Shown: one piece after another, positions 1-11,045 of the stretch
Layout: each line of letters opens with the position of its first letter
How positions within the stretch are numbered: the first letter of the stretch is position 1
From: Octopus vulgaris
Taxonomy: Eukaryota
Direction: 5' to 3'
Assembly (NCBI GenBank): GCA_951406725.2
Contig: OX597821.1
Location: 86,614,001-86,678,000, forward strand
Length of the DNA stretch: 64,000 nt
Translations under genes and position numbers: made by a program
The notes under the pieces: generated by a model
Database searches by the model: none
The model's input: the letters and a program-made list of their open reading frames with translations, nothing else
Told to the model about the DNA's origin: nothing

Positions 1-111
1 AGGGCATGAACACCAGATCTTTTTCAATTTTTCAAAATGGTCTTTCTTAATCTTTTTTAAGTCATCAGTGTGGATCATAGTGCTGCAAAAAGCATCAATG
101 GTCTCTTCCGT
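1..111 (-). CDS. Exon 2 (runs off the window edge) of an unidentified divergent protein-coding gene: TEETIDAFCSTMIHTDDLKKIKKDHFEKLKKIWCSCP...
   Basis: On the minus strand the acceptor TTTTTCTTTTTTGCAG ends at 112. The phase-0 frame is open for all 37 codons to position 1 and joins in frame to exon 4819-4760. Confidence 0.7.
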
Positions 112-904
112 CTGCAAAAAAGAAAAACATTCATACTTTATGGTTTTCAGTTTCCTGGTAGGATTTATGTCCAGTTTGATCGGAGAGGTAAGATTGACTA
201 TTTATTTAATCAGGACTTCTGAGATTGGCAGGAGAGAGGAAGATATCCAGAGACTATGTGGTAATAGTTGAACTATGTGGTAAAAATTGAATCTATCAGA
301 CTACAACTCAAAATCAAAGAGCAAGAACAAATCATAAAATGCATTTTGACTGGCAGAGTGTAACAATTCCATCAATATATCAACCTGGATTAGTACATTA
401 TTTGATCCACCTTAAAAATGAAAGGCAAAACTGACCTCAATGAGATTTGAAATCAAAGCACATACAAAGAGCTGAAATGAATACCATAAGGCATATGCAC
501 ACACACACACACACGTCATCTTCATCATTATCAAAACCATCATTATTTCACATCCATGTGCCATGCCAGCACAGGTTGAATGGTTTGTTAAGATCCAATA
601 AGCCCATGGACACTGCATCATGCTTCAAGTACGGCTTCTACAGCTGGATTGCCTTCCTAATGCCAATCACTGAACAGCATGTACTAGGGGCTTTTCTTTG
701 CACCACTAGCAGCTTGCAACACTACAAATGCTAAGAGGCGGTGCAATTTTATGCGAGGAGAAAGGAATGGAGAGGAGCAAAGCATGAAAGAAAAGAGCCA
801 GAACCGAATAAATTTCTTGTTGTTGAGGAGCTACATGACAACTCACACGGTAAAAGAGAGGGTGGGAGTGATCAGGTGGTAAAAGCAATGGTGGTGGACC
901 TTCA

Positions 905-1025
905 AGACAGCAAGCTGGCAAAAACGTTAGCACGCCGGGCGAAATGCGTAGCAGTATTTCGTCTGCCGCTATGTTCTGAGTTCAAATTCCGCCGAGGTCG
1001 ACTTTGCCTTTCATCCGTTCGGGTC
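905..1025 (+). mobile_element. 5' part of tRNA-derived SINE family B
   Basis: GCTGGCAAAAACGTTAGC...GAGTTCAAATTCCGCCGAGGTCGACTTTGCCTTTCATCC matches the full copy at 29965. Confidence 0.75.
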
Positions 1026-1061
1026 ATAGTGCAAGTCAATAATAATAATTTATATATATAT

Positions 1062-2243
1062 ATCATCATCATTTAACATCCGCTTTCCATGCTAGCATGG
1101 GTTGGATGATTTGACTGAGGACTGGGGAACCAGATGGCTGCACCAGGCTCCAATCTGATCAGGTAGAGTTTCTACAGCTGGATGCCCTTCCTAACGCCAA
1201 CCACTCCAAGAGTGTATTGGGTGCTTTTACGTGCCACCGACATGAGGGCCAGTCTGGCAGTAGTGGCAACAGCCACACTGAAATGATGTTTTATACATGC
1301 CACCTGCACTGGCGACGACCTCGCTCGAATGTTTCGTTCAAGTGCCAGTAAGGCGATGCTGTTAACGATCATGCTCAAATGGAGCTTTTTACAAGCCAGT
1401 CAGCTGCTCTGGCAGTGATCCCGCTTGGATGGAGCTGTCAGCGCTCCACTGGCATGGGTGCCAATCATTGAATTTGGTTCAATTTCGATTTCACTTGCCC
1501 CAACATGTCTTCGCAAGCAGAGTTTAGTGTCCAATGAAGGAAGTTTGGAATGGGTGCCAGTCGTCAAATTTGGTTCGATTTCGATTTCACTTGCCTCAAC
1601 AGGTCTTCACAAGCAGAGTTTTGTGTCCAAAGAAGGAAAGGTACACATAAGTGGGCTGGCTACACCCTTGGTAAAGGCCACAGGTTATGATCTCACTTGT
1701 CTTGCCGGGTCTTCTCACGCACAGCATATTTCCAAAGGATTCGGTCACTAGTCATTGCCTCGGTGAGGCCTAATGTTCGAAGGTCATGCTTCACCACCTC
1801 ATCCCAGGTCTACCTCTCCACAGGTTCCTTCAACCGCTAGGGTGTGGCACTTTTTCACACAGCTATCCTCATCCATTCTCGCCACATGACCATATCAGCG
1901 CAATCGTCTCTCTTGTACACCACAACTAATGCTTCTTAGGTCCAACTTTTCTCTCACAGTACTTACACTCTGTCGAGTATGCACACTGACATTACACATC
2001 CAGCAGAGCATACTGGCTTCATTCCTTGTGAGCTTACGCATATCCTCAGCAGTCATGGCCCATGTTTTACTGCCATGTAGCATAGCTGTTCATACATATG
2101 TGTCATACAGTCTGCCTTTTACTCTGAGCGAGAGGCCTTTGTCACCAGCAGAGGTAAGAGAGCTCTGAACTTTGCCCAGGCTATTCTTATTCTAGCAGCT
2201 ACACTTTCAGCGCACCCTCCCCCACAACTGACTTGGTCACCTA
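1062..2243 (-). mobile_element. RTE-clade LINE family A: ORF C-terminus, ~630 bp 3' UTR and (ATG)n tail
   Basis: The minus strand encodes LGDQVS..ARIRIAWAKFRELLPLL..LRVKGRLY..MLHGSKTW..QERRLR and a later WDEVVKHDL segment, typical of RTE C-termini. The ORF ends at about 1693 and the tail is at 1062. Confidence 0.9.
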
Positions 2244-3167
2244 ATCAAAGCCGGAATACTGCAGGGAGACACACTCGCCCCATTTCTTTTCATCATTGTC
2301 GTTGACTATGTGCTACGTATGTCAGTTGATACTCTCTCTGGCAAGGGCTTTGAAATAAAACCAAAAAGAAGTTCCAGACACCCAGCTTGATACTTGACAG
2401 ACACTGACTTTGCTGACGACATCGCTCTTATCAGTGATTCTCTCTCCAATGCCCAGTCTCTTTTGCAATCTCTCGAACAAACCTCAAATTGTGTAGGTCT
2501 TTACCTCAATGAAGCCAAGACTGAATATGCAAACAAGTGCCTGTCCAACAGTGATTGCATCATCCATACTCTCAACAGTGCGCTCTTAAATATGGTTTCT
2601 GATTACAAATATCTTGGGTTATACATATCATCATCTGGAAAAGATTTTCTAACTAGAAAGGGTATGACCTGGTCAGCCTGTAATGACATGCATAAGATCT
2701 GGTCATCAAATCTAAGTAGAGACTTCAAACTTGAAATCTTCAAAGCCACAGTCAAACCAATTCTACTATATGGCTCAGAAACCTGGACGTTATCAAAGAA
2801 GCTTGAGAGGTGGTTGGATGGAACCTACACTCGCCTCCTTATGAGAGCTCAAAATCTCTCGTGGAAGCGCCATCCAACCAAAATGCAAATATATGGGAAA
2901 CTACCACCTGTGTCATCTCTTGTGAAAGGTAGGAGAGTCCAGTTTGCTGGACATTGTTGTAGAGCTGAAAAAGAGGTAATTTCTACTCTTCTCCTCTGGA
3001 AGCCATCTACTCGCAATACCTGAGGGCGCACACTCTCCTACCCTGATGTAATCTCCAGGGATACAGGCATCCAGCAACAGGACCTCCATAATGCCATGAT
3101 GGACCGTGAAGTCTGGCGTAGCATGGTAAATTCCATTGTCTCGATCATGGTCGAACAATGATGATGA
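2244..3167 (+). mobile_element. RTE-like LINE family B, 5'-truncated, RT domain to 3' end, nested in family A
   Basis: GILQGDTLAPFLF, DFADDIAL, YKYLG, ILLYGSETW and FAGHC motifs; in-frame stops at ~2388 and 3021; (ATG)n tail at 3158-3167. Confidence 0.9.
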
Positions 3168-3325
3168 CTACTAGCTTTTCTCACTGGAATGTGGCAGAAG
3201 TTGTTCTCTGTGCATTTTTAGTGTTTACTGCTCCTGAGCATCTGCCACATACAAAAACTATCTTCCTAGTTAGCCTCCCTTTGATATTGCTGTACCTCTT
3301 ATGTATCCATAGCTTACACTATGTA
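3168..3325 (-). mobile_element. Upstream continuation of the RTE family A copy (Cys/His-rich segment)
   Basis: The minus strand reads CKLWIHKRYSNIKGRLTRKIVFVCGRCSG...EKLVV, which plausibly precedes the LGDQVS segment at 2243 in one ORF. Confidence 0.75.
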
Positions 3326-3865
3326 ACACACTTACCGGTAAAATTTCCACTTATTTAACACATTGTAAATAACAGACAGAGTCAAGACTATTGAAAAGGC
3401 TGCAAGATGCAACGAAAATTTTAGGAAAATAAAAATAAGTGAAAATTTTACCGTTGAGTGTATTACATTATAAGGCACAAGAAAATGACTCTCCCCAGAC
3501 ACTACAGAATATGTTTCAACACACAAACTCATATAAAGAATCTTGCAAACCAAATCCAAAAACGAAATATTAACTATTGCTTAACCATCTTCTCACACCA
3601 TCTCCGATGAAGGGATATAATATCCTAGAAACAGCTAAAAGACCTATTTATAAATGTTCCAAAATCTACACAGCCTTGGTTTATTATCACATTACGGAAA
3701 AAAAATTTTTATATACACACACTGATATATGACCTAAGTTGGACCCCTTATTTGCATAATCACTGAACCTGGAACTTAACTAGTACTTATTCAGCATTAC
3801 CTGACACCATTACTTCTCTCTCTCTTTCTCTCTCTATATATATATATACACACATATACATTTCT

Positions 3866-4110
3866 TCCATGCTGATGGCATATAAAAAGCACCATCCAAA
3901 CGTGGTCGATGCCAGTGCCCCCTGACTGGTTCCTGTGTCGGTGGCATGTAAAGAGCACCCACTACACTCTCGAAGTGGTTAGCATTAGGAAGGGCATCCA
4001 GCTGTAGAAATGTTTCCAGATCAGTTTGGAGCCTAGTGCAACAGCTGGCTCTCCAGACCTCAGTCAAACCGTCCAACCTATGCCACCATGGAAAACGGAC
4101 GTTAAACGAT
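3866..4110 (+). mobile_element. RTE family A 3'-end fragment
   Basis: AAAAGCACC...GTGGTTAGCATTAGGAAGGGCATCCAGCTGTAGAAA...GGAAAACGGACGTTAAACGAT matches the reverse complement of 1062-1300. Confidence 0.8.
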
Positions 4111-4124
4111 ATGTTTATATATAT

Positions 4125-4450
4125 TCTTTTATTTGTTTCCGTCATGTGATTGCGGCTATGCTGGAGCACCGCCTTTAGTCGAACAAATTTACCCCAGGAC
4201 TTATTCTGTATAAGCCCAGAACTTATTCTATCAGTCTGTTTTGCCAAACCGCTAAGTTACGGGGACATAAACACACCAGCATCGGTTAAGCGATACTGCG
4301 GGGACAGATACACAAACACACACATATATATATATATATATATACACAAACACACAACAGGCTTCTTACCAAATCCACTTACAAGGCTTTGGTCGGCATA
4401 AGGCTGTAGTTGAAGACACTTGCTCAAGGTGCCGCGCAGTACTTACCACA
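4125..4450 (-). mobile_element. SINE family A copy with internal deletions
   Basis: Reverse complement of the copy at 10640, lacking part of the head. Confidence 0.8.
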
Positions 4451-4533
4451 TAGAGACTCCATATATATATATGTGTATTTATATTTATATACATATATAT
4501 GTATGTATTTATATATTTACATATATATATATG

Positions 4534-4582
<49 letters not shown>

Positions 4583-4759
4583 AAAACATGCAAACACCGT
4601 ATGTATAAACGAGTGTATATATACTGAGAAATTAAACATAATGAGAACACAAAGGACAAGCAACGCAAAGTATATATTTCCAACTCCTTTACATACATCT
4701 TGGTGCATTCACTTTTAGTATTGCATTTTCCCTATCAACAACAAAGGTTCGCTTCTTAC

Positions 4760-4819
4760 CATGATATCAGTAACAATTTTACTGACTTTCCGTTCCATAT
4801 CTGCTGTTGTTTGACTCAT
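4760..4819 (-). CDS. First coding exon of the same divergent gene: MSQTTADMERKVSKIVTDIM
   Basis: ATG at 4819 in an AAAA-ATG context, exactly 20 codons, then donor ATG|GTAAGA at 4760/4759. It lies next to a CpG-containing promoter-like segment. Confidence 0.7.
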
Positions 4820-4919
4820 TTTTGACCCGTTTTCTTTTTACTGATCATACACAAGACCGAGAGTTAGTGTAAAAAAAACACTTTTAAGAAATATCGAATG
4901 ACTAAATCTATATTAAATA

Positions 4920-5060
4920 ATGAATTCTAAACATCGTCTCATGCTTTCGTCTCTCCTCCAACGTCCATGATGCGCATTGCTGTTTAATTTCGGTTCCTAT
5001 GCATTTAACCGGCGTCAGTTTCGTATTCGGAAGTAATAGTATTCAAAATAAGACCCCCGA
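4920..5060 (-). promoter_or_regulatory. Putative promoter of the divergent gene
   Basis: CpG-containing unique sequence just upstream of the exon, with TGCGCAT (4971-4977), CRE half-site CGTCA (5013-5017) and ETS-like CGGAAGT (5028-5034). Motif matches only. Confidence 0.45.
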
Positions 5061-5389
5061 AAAAATTAATTAATTTATGTTCATTCTTTTTTCTTTTTAT
5101 TAATTATAAACTATATAATAAAGTGAAAAAATATTTAGTAAGGGTTGATTTAAATTTAAACAGTAAAGTCTTTTTTTTTTTGTGTGTGATGAAGATAGTG
5201 AAGTGGGTAATTAGTAAACGGTAAGAGTTCGTTATAAATGAAATAGTGGAAGTTGAAGTGAGACTGTGGGGGAAAGTTGTAGGAGAAAATGATAACCTAA
5301 GAAAATTAAGGGTCGAAGACGGGATAGGATAAGAACGGGGGGGGGGGAGAGAAAGAAAATAGAGAAGGAGAAAGACTGAGAGGGTGTGG

Positions 5390-5570
5390 TTAAATTAGAA
5401 TTATAGGGAGGGAGAGAGAGAGAGAAAAGATAAGAGAAAGAAACTCAAAGATAGAGAGGGTGTTGTAAAATTAGAATTATAGGGGGGGAAAGAGAGAGAG
5501 AGAAAAGATAACAGAGAAAGAAACTCATAGATAGAGAGGGTGTTGTAAAATTAGAATGAGAGAGAGAGAG
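5390..5570. repeat. Purine-rich tandem repeat, ~76 bp unit, ~2.3 copies
   Basis: AAATTAGAAT...AGAAAGAAACTCA(A/T)AGATAGAGAGGGTGTTGT recurs at about 5392, 5468 and 5548. Confidence 0.7.
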
Positions 5571-5874
5571 AGAAATAGCTAGAGGGGGAAACCAAATGAG
5601 AAATAGAGGAAAAGAAAGAAGTTTGAAAGAAAGAAGGGAACAAAATAAATAAAAAAAAAACAGAAAAAGTGAGGGGCGCGGAGAGAAAACGGAAAGGGAG
5701 AGAGAAAGGAAGTAAAATTTAATCACAGGGAAAACAACAGGATAAGGAGAGAGAGAGAAAATAATAGAAAAGAAAAGGAGTGGATATTATAAAAGAGAGA
5801 TATAGGTAAGTTGAGTTGGGGAGAAAAAGAATAAGAACGAAAAGAGAGCGGGAGGGAAAGTAAAGTAAAAGAAA

Positions 5875-6570
5875 TGAGAGAAGGGGAGAGAGAGAAATAG
5901 AAACAGATAGAGTCAGAGAGAGAAATAGAAAGAGATAGAGTAAAAGAGAGAAGGAGAGAGAGAGAAATAGAAACAGATAGAGTCAGAGACAGAGAGGGGG
6001 AGAGAGAGAAATAGAAACAGATAGAGTGAAAGAGAGAAGGGGAGAGAGAGAAATAGAAACAGATAGAGTCAAAGAGAGAAGGGGAGAGAGAGAAATAGAA
6101 ACAGATAAAGTCAAAGAGAGAAGGGGAGAGAGAGAAATAGAAAGAGATAGAATAAAAGAGAGAAGGGGAGAGAGAGAAATAGAAACAGATAGAGTGAAAG
6201 AGAGAGGAGGAGAGAGAGAAATAGAAACAGATAGAGTGAAAGAGAGAAATAGAAACAGATAGAGTCAAAGAGAGAAGGGGAGGGAGAGAAATAGAAAGAG
6301 ATAGAGTAAAAGAGAGAAGGGGAGAGAGAGAAATAGAAAAAAATAGAGTCAGAGAGAGAAATAGAAAGGAGTGGAAGAGAGAGAAGGGAAGAGAGAGAAA
6401 TAAAAACAGATAGAATCAAAGAGAGAAGGGGAGAGAGAGAGAGATAGAAACAGATAGAGTCAAAGACAGAAGAGGAGAGAGAGAAATAGAAACAGATGAG
6501 TCAGAGAGAGAAGGGGAGAGAGAGAAATAGAAAGAGATAGAGTCAGAGAGAGAGGGGGAGAGAGAAGAAA
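5875..6570. repeat. GA-rich minisatellite, ~42 bp unit (AAAGAGAGAAGGGGAGAGAGAGAAATAGAAACAGATAGAGTC)
   Basis: Unit visible directly; the 14-aa periodicity of the spurious ORF 6026-6262 confirms 42 bp. Confidence 0.9.
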
Positions 6571-6584
6571 CAATTTCTCTCTCA

Positions 6585-6640
6585 ACACACGGAAGAGCGA
6601 ATTACTTTTTGGTGCGTTGCGCATGCGTGGGTAGGCAATT
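6585..6640 (+). promoter_or_regulatory. Putative promoter of the myosin RLC gene
   Basis: ETS-like CGGAAG (6590-6595) and NRF1-like TGCGCATGCG (6618-6627) at the start of a CpG-retaining region, just upstream of a strong splice donor. Confidence 0.55.
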
Positions 6641-6950
6641 TGAGTGGAGTTTTGTTCGGTTTTGATGTCAAGTCGAAATTAAAGCGGAGCAGGTGGTCGT
6701 CGAGGGCAAGGCAACATTTAGAGAAGCCAGACGTTTACAGGGAAACAACAGCTATAATCAATCAAACAACGAGAAAAAGAAGGATAACTAATCACAGTTG
6801 TTATGATAATTTAAAAACAAAACATTCAGATTTTTGAAAATAACAAAAAAAAAAGCTGCCGGTGCTCCAGGAGATTATTGAAAATTCTCTCCTTCCCTCT
6901 TTGTATTTACTAATTACTGTTTCTGTCAGAAAGTTTTCATAAAAACTAAG
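6640..6950 (+). other. Putative non-coding exon 1 (5' UTR) of the myosin RLC gene; 5' boundary approximate
   Basis: Near-consensus donor AAG|GTAAGA at 6950/6951. The RLC coding exon has an acceptor 4 nt before its ATG and so needs an upstream exon. The link to this exon is inferred. Confidence 0.6.
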
Positions 6951-7091
6951 GTAAGATTTTATTGTTGTCATTTGATTAAGACCAAAAATGTTAAATAATA
7001 AGAATGTCTGTATTTATAAAATTGCGATCTTTTCTTTGTAAGGACGTAATTAAGTATTTATTTCTGTGTGTAAGGCTCTGGGTGTCTCTAA

Positions 7092-7446
7092 TCTTTATAT
7101 ATAAAAGTGAGGTTGTGTGAGTGTCTGTCTCCTACGATTTAGATTCCTAACTACTCCCACATTTTGCGGTGCAGTTTAACCAAAACCAGGTATCTTATAG
7201 TCGTGATTCATATCGAGCCCTTCTGGGTATTAGCGTGCGTCTACGATGAGTCTACAATAAAAAAAAAATTTACCATCATTTTTTCGCTATTATATAAGGG
7301 AAGTAACTCTCTAAAAATGTCTACGAGTCAACGATTTAAAAAAAAATTACCATCATTTTTTTGCTATTTTTTGGCTATAACTCTCTAAAAATGCTTATAT
7401 AGTTATTTCCCTTACAAACCCGATTAACGCCGGGCGATACTGCTAG
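7092..7446 (+). mobile_element. Non-autonomous Helitron
   Basis: Starts A|TCTTTATATATAAAA, has a subterminal hairpin CCCG..CGGG (7419-7434), ends CTAG|T, no TSD. Confidence 0.8.
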
Positions 7447-7997
7447 TTATATATAAATATGATTGTCATGTCTGTTTTATGTCTATCTCTTGTATACCAG
7501 TTTGTGTGTACGCGCGCCCTCTTATCTATAAATCTATCTCTATGGTGGTGGTCATCACTGTCCGAAACTGAATAGTTTGTTAAAGGTGTGGTCACTTTCG
7601 ATACACACGAACAGGCGCTCGGTGTGCTTGAAAATTATTTTTGAAGCTGAACCCCCTTATTAATTTCTATGTCTGTATATTGAAAAATTAATCGGTGCAC
7701 GTGTCACTAATTATAATGATGCATAGAGAGAATGATAGATTGTCAGTGTCCATATGACCTGTCGCCTGTCAATGTATATCTAATTTAGCAAGGTCTTTGT
7801 ATGTATCTAATTTGTAAAGGACGATACTTCATGAGAGTATTACGTGCGCCTTAAGAAATCGTTTGTGACTAACGTATGTGGGTGTGTGAATTCGGATTAT
7901 TTCGAAGGTCGATCGATTAATTGAGAATCGGTAACGAGCAAATTCGATCGGGTGATCAAAACCAATATTGTGATCATCTCACAATAGCCTATCTGTT

Positions 7998-8032
<35 letters not shown>

Positions 8033-8189
8033 GTGTGTGTGTATATGCATGTATATATAGTGTGTGTTCATGCATCAGTAAACACCTAATGAAAATGTCG
8101 GATTTTTTTTTTATATATCTCTTCCTGTTTTTCAGTGTGATTCATGTGTTTGGCCTTATCTGACTAAAACTTAAAAGCAAGCCTCTGTA

Positions 8190-8365
8190 CAGTCACTCGA
8201 TCTCCTAGAAATAATCACTAAATCTTCTTAAATCACGTCCTACAGAGATTTTTGCCCCCCTTTAAAAAAAAAAAAAGGACACATTGATTGTTTCTGAAAA
8301 GACATGACTGTCCAAACTCAAAACACTTGATCGTAGATCGATCAGGGCTGACTCGAAGTTAAACA
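8190..8365 (+). repeat. Old dispersed repeat (decayed copies also near 26040-26240, 31285-31410, 33290-33430, and reversed near 41340-41490 and 52740-52940)
   Basis: Shared motif order: CTAGAAATA..AAATC..AAATCA..CCTAC..GGACACATT..TTGATC..AGGGCTGAC..AAACAA. Confidence 0.55.
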
Positions 8366-8769
8366 AAATAAATAAAAGTTGTCATTCCTCCTAACCACAA
8401 TATTTCGATCTCATGTGGTGTGTATTTTGGCAGTGGGGTCGAATTAATGTCTCGGTCCTTGTGTACCCAGTGCACGCACGTCACTAACAAGACGCGAACC
8501 AGGATCTCCAAGCGTTCGTGTCTCAAACGATTTTGGTCGTCATGTTCAGTAATATTCACTTTATTTGTTTTTTATGCTCCAGAAAGAACAAGTCATGAAT
8601 GTAATATCATCGCATTAATCCTTTGTAAATCTGAGGCCGTGTGTCTAGTGTAAGATTTCTATATATTTTTTTCTGCTTTCTTTTTACGATGTGAAACTAA
8701 CTCAAAGACAATACAGAATAGGGAGAAATCACAGGAAAAGAATAACTAGTGAATAATTTGCTTTAATAA

Positions 8770-8770
<1 letters not shown>

Positions 8771-8826
<56 letters not shown>
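8771..8826. repeat. (TA)n microsatellite
   Basis: Seen directly. Confidence 0.95.
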
Positions 8827-8828
<2 letters not shown>

Positions 8829-10639
8829 TATATATTCACACACACACACATTATCCTTGTGTAAAATTGCGGTATCAACTGACATTGTAATTGAATTTGA
8901 AAGAAAAATGCATTAGCTTATGTCGAAGATCGAACTAGAAGTTTAATGACTAAGAAGCGTATTGGCTTAATCTCGTCTCATTTTTTAAAAGCTAATCTCT
9001 TTTGTTTTTAAGGTTATTCTGACGGGCTCTGTCTGTCTTCGGGTATGTGTGTGTGTAGATAGGTAGGTAGGTAGATAGATAGATAGAGACAGGCAGACAC
9101 ATACATACACCTCTGTTATTTAATAGCATAGTCCCGAAAATTGTTACTGTCGTCTTATACAGATCTGTGAATATGGGTGTGAACCTTAACCGCTTGAACA
9201 AACCGTCATTCGTACAACGACCACGTTGTTTAGTATATTGGTTTATACGTCTGTACATGTTCAAGTATGAATGCTATGTGTGTGAGAGAGGCACACACAG
9301 TGTGTGTCTAGCTGTCTATGATTGAGGTTTGTGTTAACGTTGATATGACGGGTGTAGGTTCGAAGGTGTGTCAGTATATATTATAATTTAAGCACATAGT
9401 AGTGTTTTAGTACAGTGCGGGTGTGTGTGTTCACTTGTCTGTACGTAGGTGTGTGAGTTCTGTGCGGAACAGGATTTCCAGTAGATTGCAGTAGTGTTTG
9501 ACGACTACATCTCCCGGATAGTGTTATTCTTTGTCTTTTCTATAATCTTTTAAACACCGATGGACAACGACAGATTCGTGTTAATTCATATCAAGGCTAT
9601 GACTGTTAGTTTGAGGGACAATTGTATTATCATCATTGTAGTGTTAGTTAACCCATGTGTCAAGGCTCTCTGGGTTTTAGTTCCGAAGACATCAGTATCT
9701 CACTACTATTTCGCCATCACGTAATACAGCTGTGCAAGCAACCACTTACATGACTCACAATAGAGTCCCCCATAGAACGAAATCATACACTGCCACACCA
9801 TTACTTTACCCCTTTGTCTTCTTTCACTGCACAGTCTACCAACCCCCCTTTACCTCCCTCATTATCATCACCACTACGACTGAGCATCGCTTGATGGTCT
9901 GTCGTCCAATTCTGCTACCCCTAGAATGAATCAGGGTCTCCCTGCTTCTGTTTATCACTGACCGAATCCATACCACCTCTTCCTTCCAGTTTTCTCTTAG
10001 TCTCATCATCTTCCTCTGTCCTCACCCTGATTCCCCCACCTTCCCTACATTCTCTCAAATTTGAACGCTTTGTGTTTATAATTTAGGTCTTTGTTCATTG
10101 TTTTACGTGTTGTTACGTACACACACACACACGACTTGTGCTGAACGGGTTTATCACAGCCTTAACATCGCTATTGTTTTCGCTTCTGTCCAGACTAAAT
10201 GATGAATGTCTCTTGGAAGTGCAGGACTGTGTCGTTTACAAACAGAGCTTTTTTAGTAGTTAGGACTTTTACTTGATGAGTGTGTGTGTGTGAACGTGTG
10301 TATTCTTTAGTGAGTGTGAAGCTACACGCACACATCACATGTATGCACACAGTCCTGAAGGAAGCAAACACTCAACACTACATTATTATTACTTATGATC
10401 AAAATGCTATAAAAACCGTTACACTTCCTATAGTCTGTTAAACTTACAATCCTGGCCTTTCAAAGCAACCACGCACAGATTGTATAGAGGAGGCTAGGTT
10501 TCCTTTTCCAAGTGGAAAAAATACTTCAGTGCTAACTAGACACATATAAAGGCATAAACTGCCCATACATCTGATTCATTGTGGCTACCATCCACCGGAA
10601 CATTTTAGATCATATCTAAGAAAAGAAATATAGCATATA

Positions 10640-11045
10640 GGCGCAGGAGTGGCTGTGTGGTAAGTAGCTTGCTAACCAACCACATGGTTCCGGGTTCAGT
10701 CCCACTGTGTGGCATCTTGGGCAAGTGTCTTCTGCTATAGCCCCAGGCCAACCAATGCCTTGTGAGTGGATTTGGTAGACGGAAACTGAAAGAAGCCAGT
10801 CGTATATGTGTATATATATATATATGTGTGTGTGTATATGTTTGTGTGTCTGTGTTTGTCCCCTTAGCATTGCTTGACAACCGATGCTGGTGTGTTTACG
10901 TCCCCGTCACTTAGCGGTTCAGTAAAAGAGACCGATAGAATAAGTACTGGGCTTACAAAGAATAAGTCCCGGGGTCGATTTGCTCGACTAAAGGCGGTGC
11001 TCCAGCATGGCCGCAGTCAAATGACTGAAACAAGTAAAAGAGAGA
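10640..11045 (+). mobile_element. tRNA-derived SINE family A (CORE-like segment), full length
   Basis: A-box TGGCTGTGTGG, B-box GGTTCAGTCCC, CORE-like TGGCATCTTGGGCAAGTG, internal (TA)(TG) microsatellite, tail ACAAGTAAAAGAG. Confidence 0.9.

Noticed and set aside
5445-6419. Long low-complexity ORFs on both strands
   Set aside because: Translations of the GA-rich tandem arrays.
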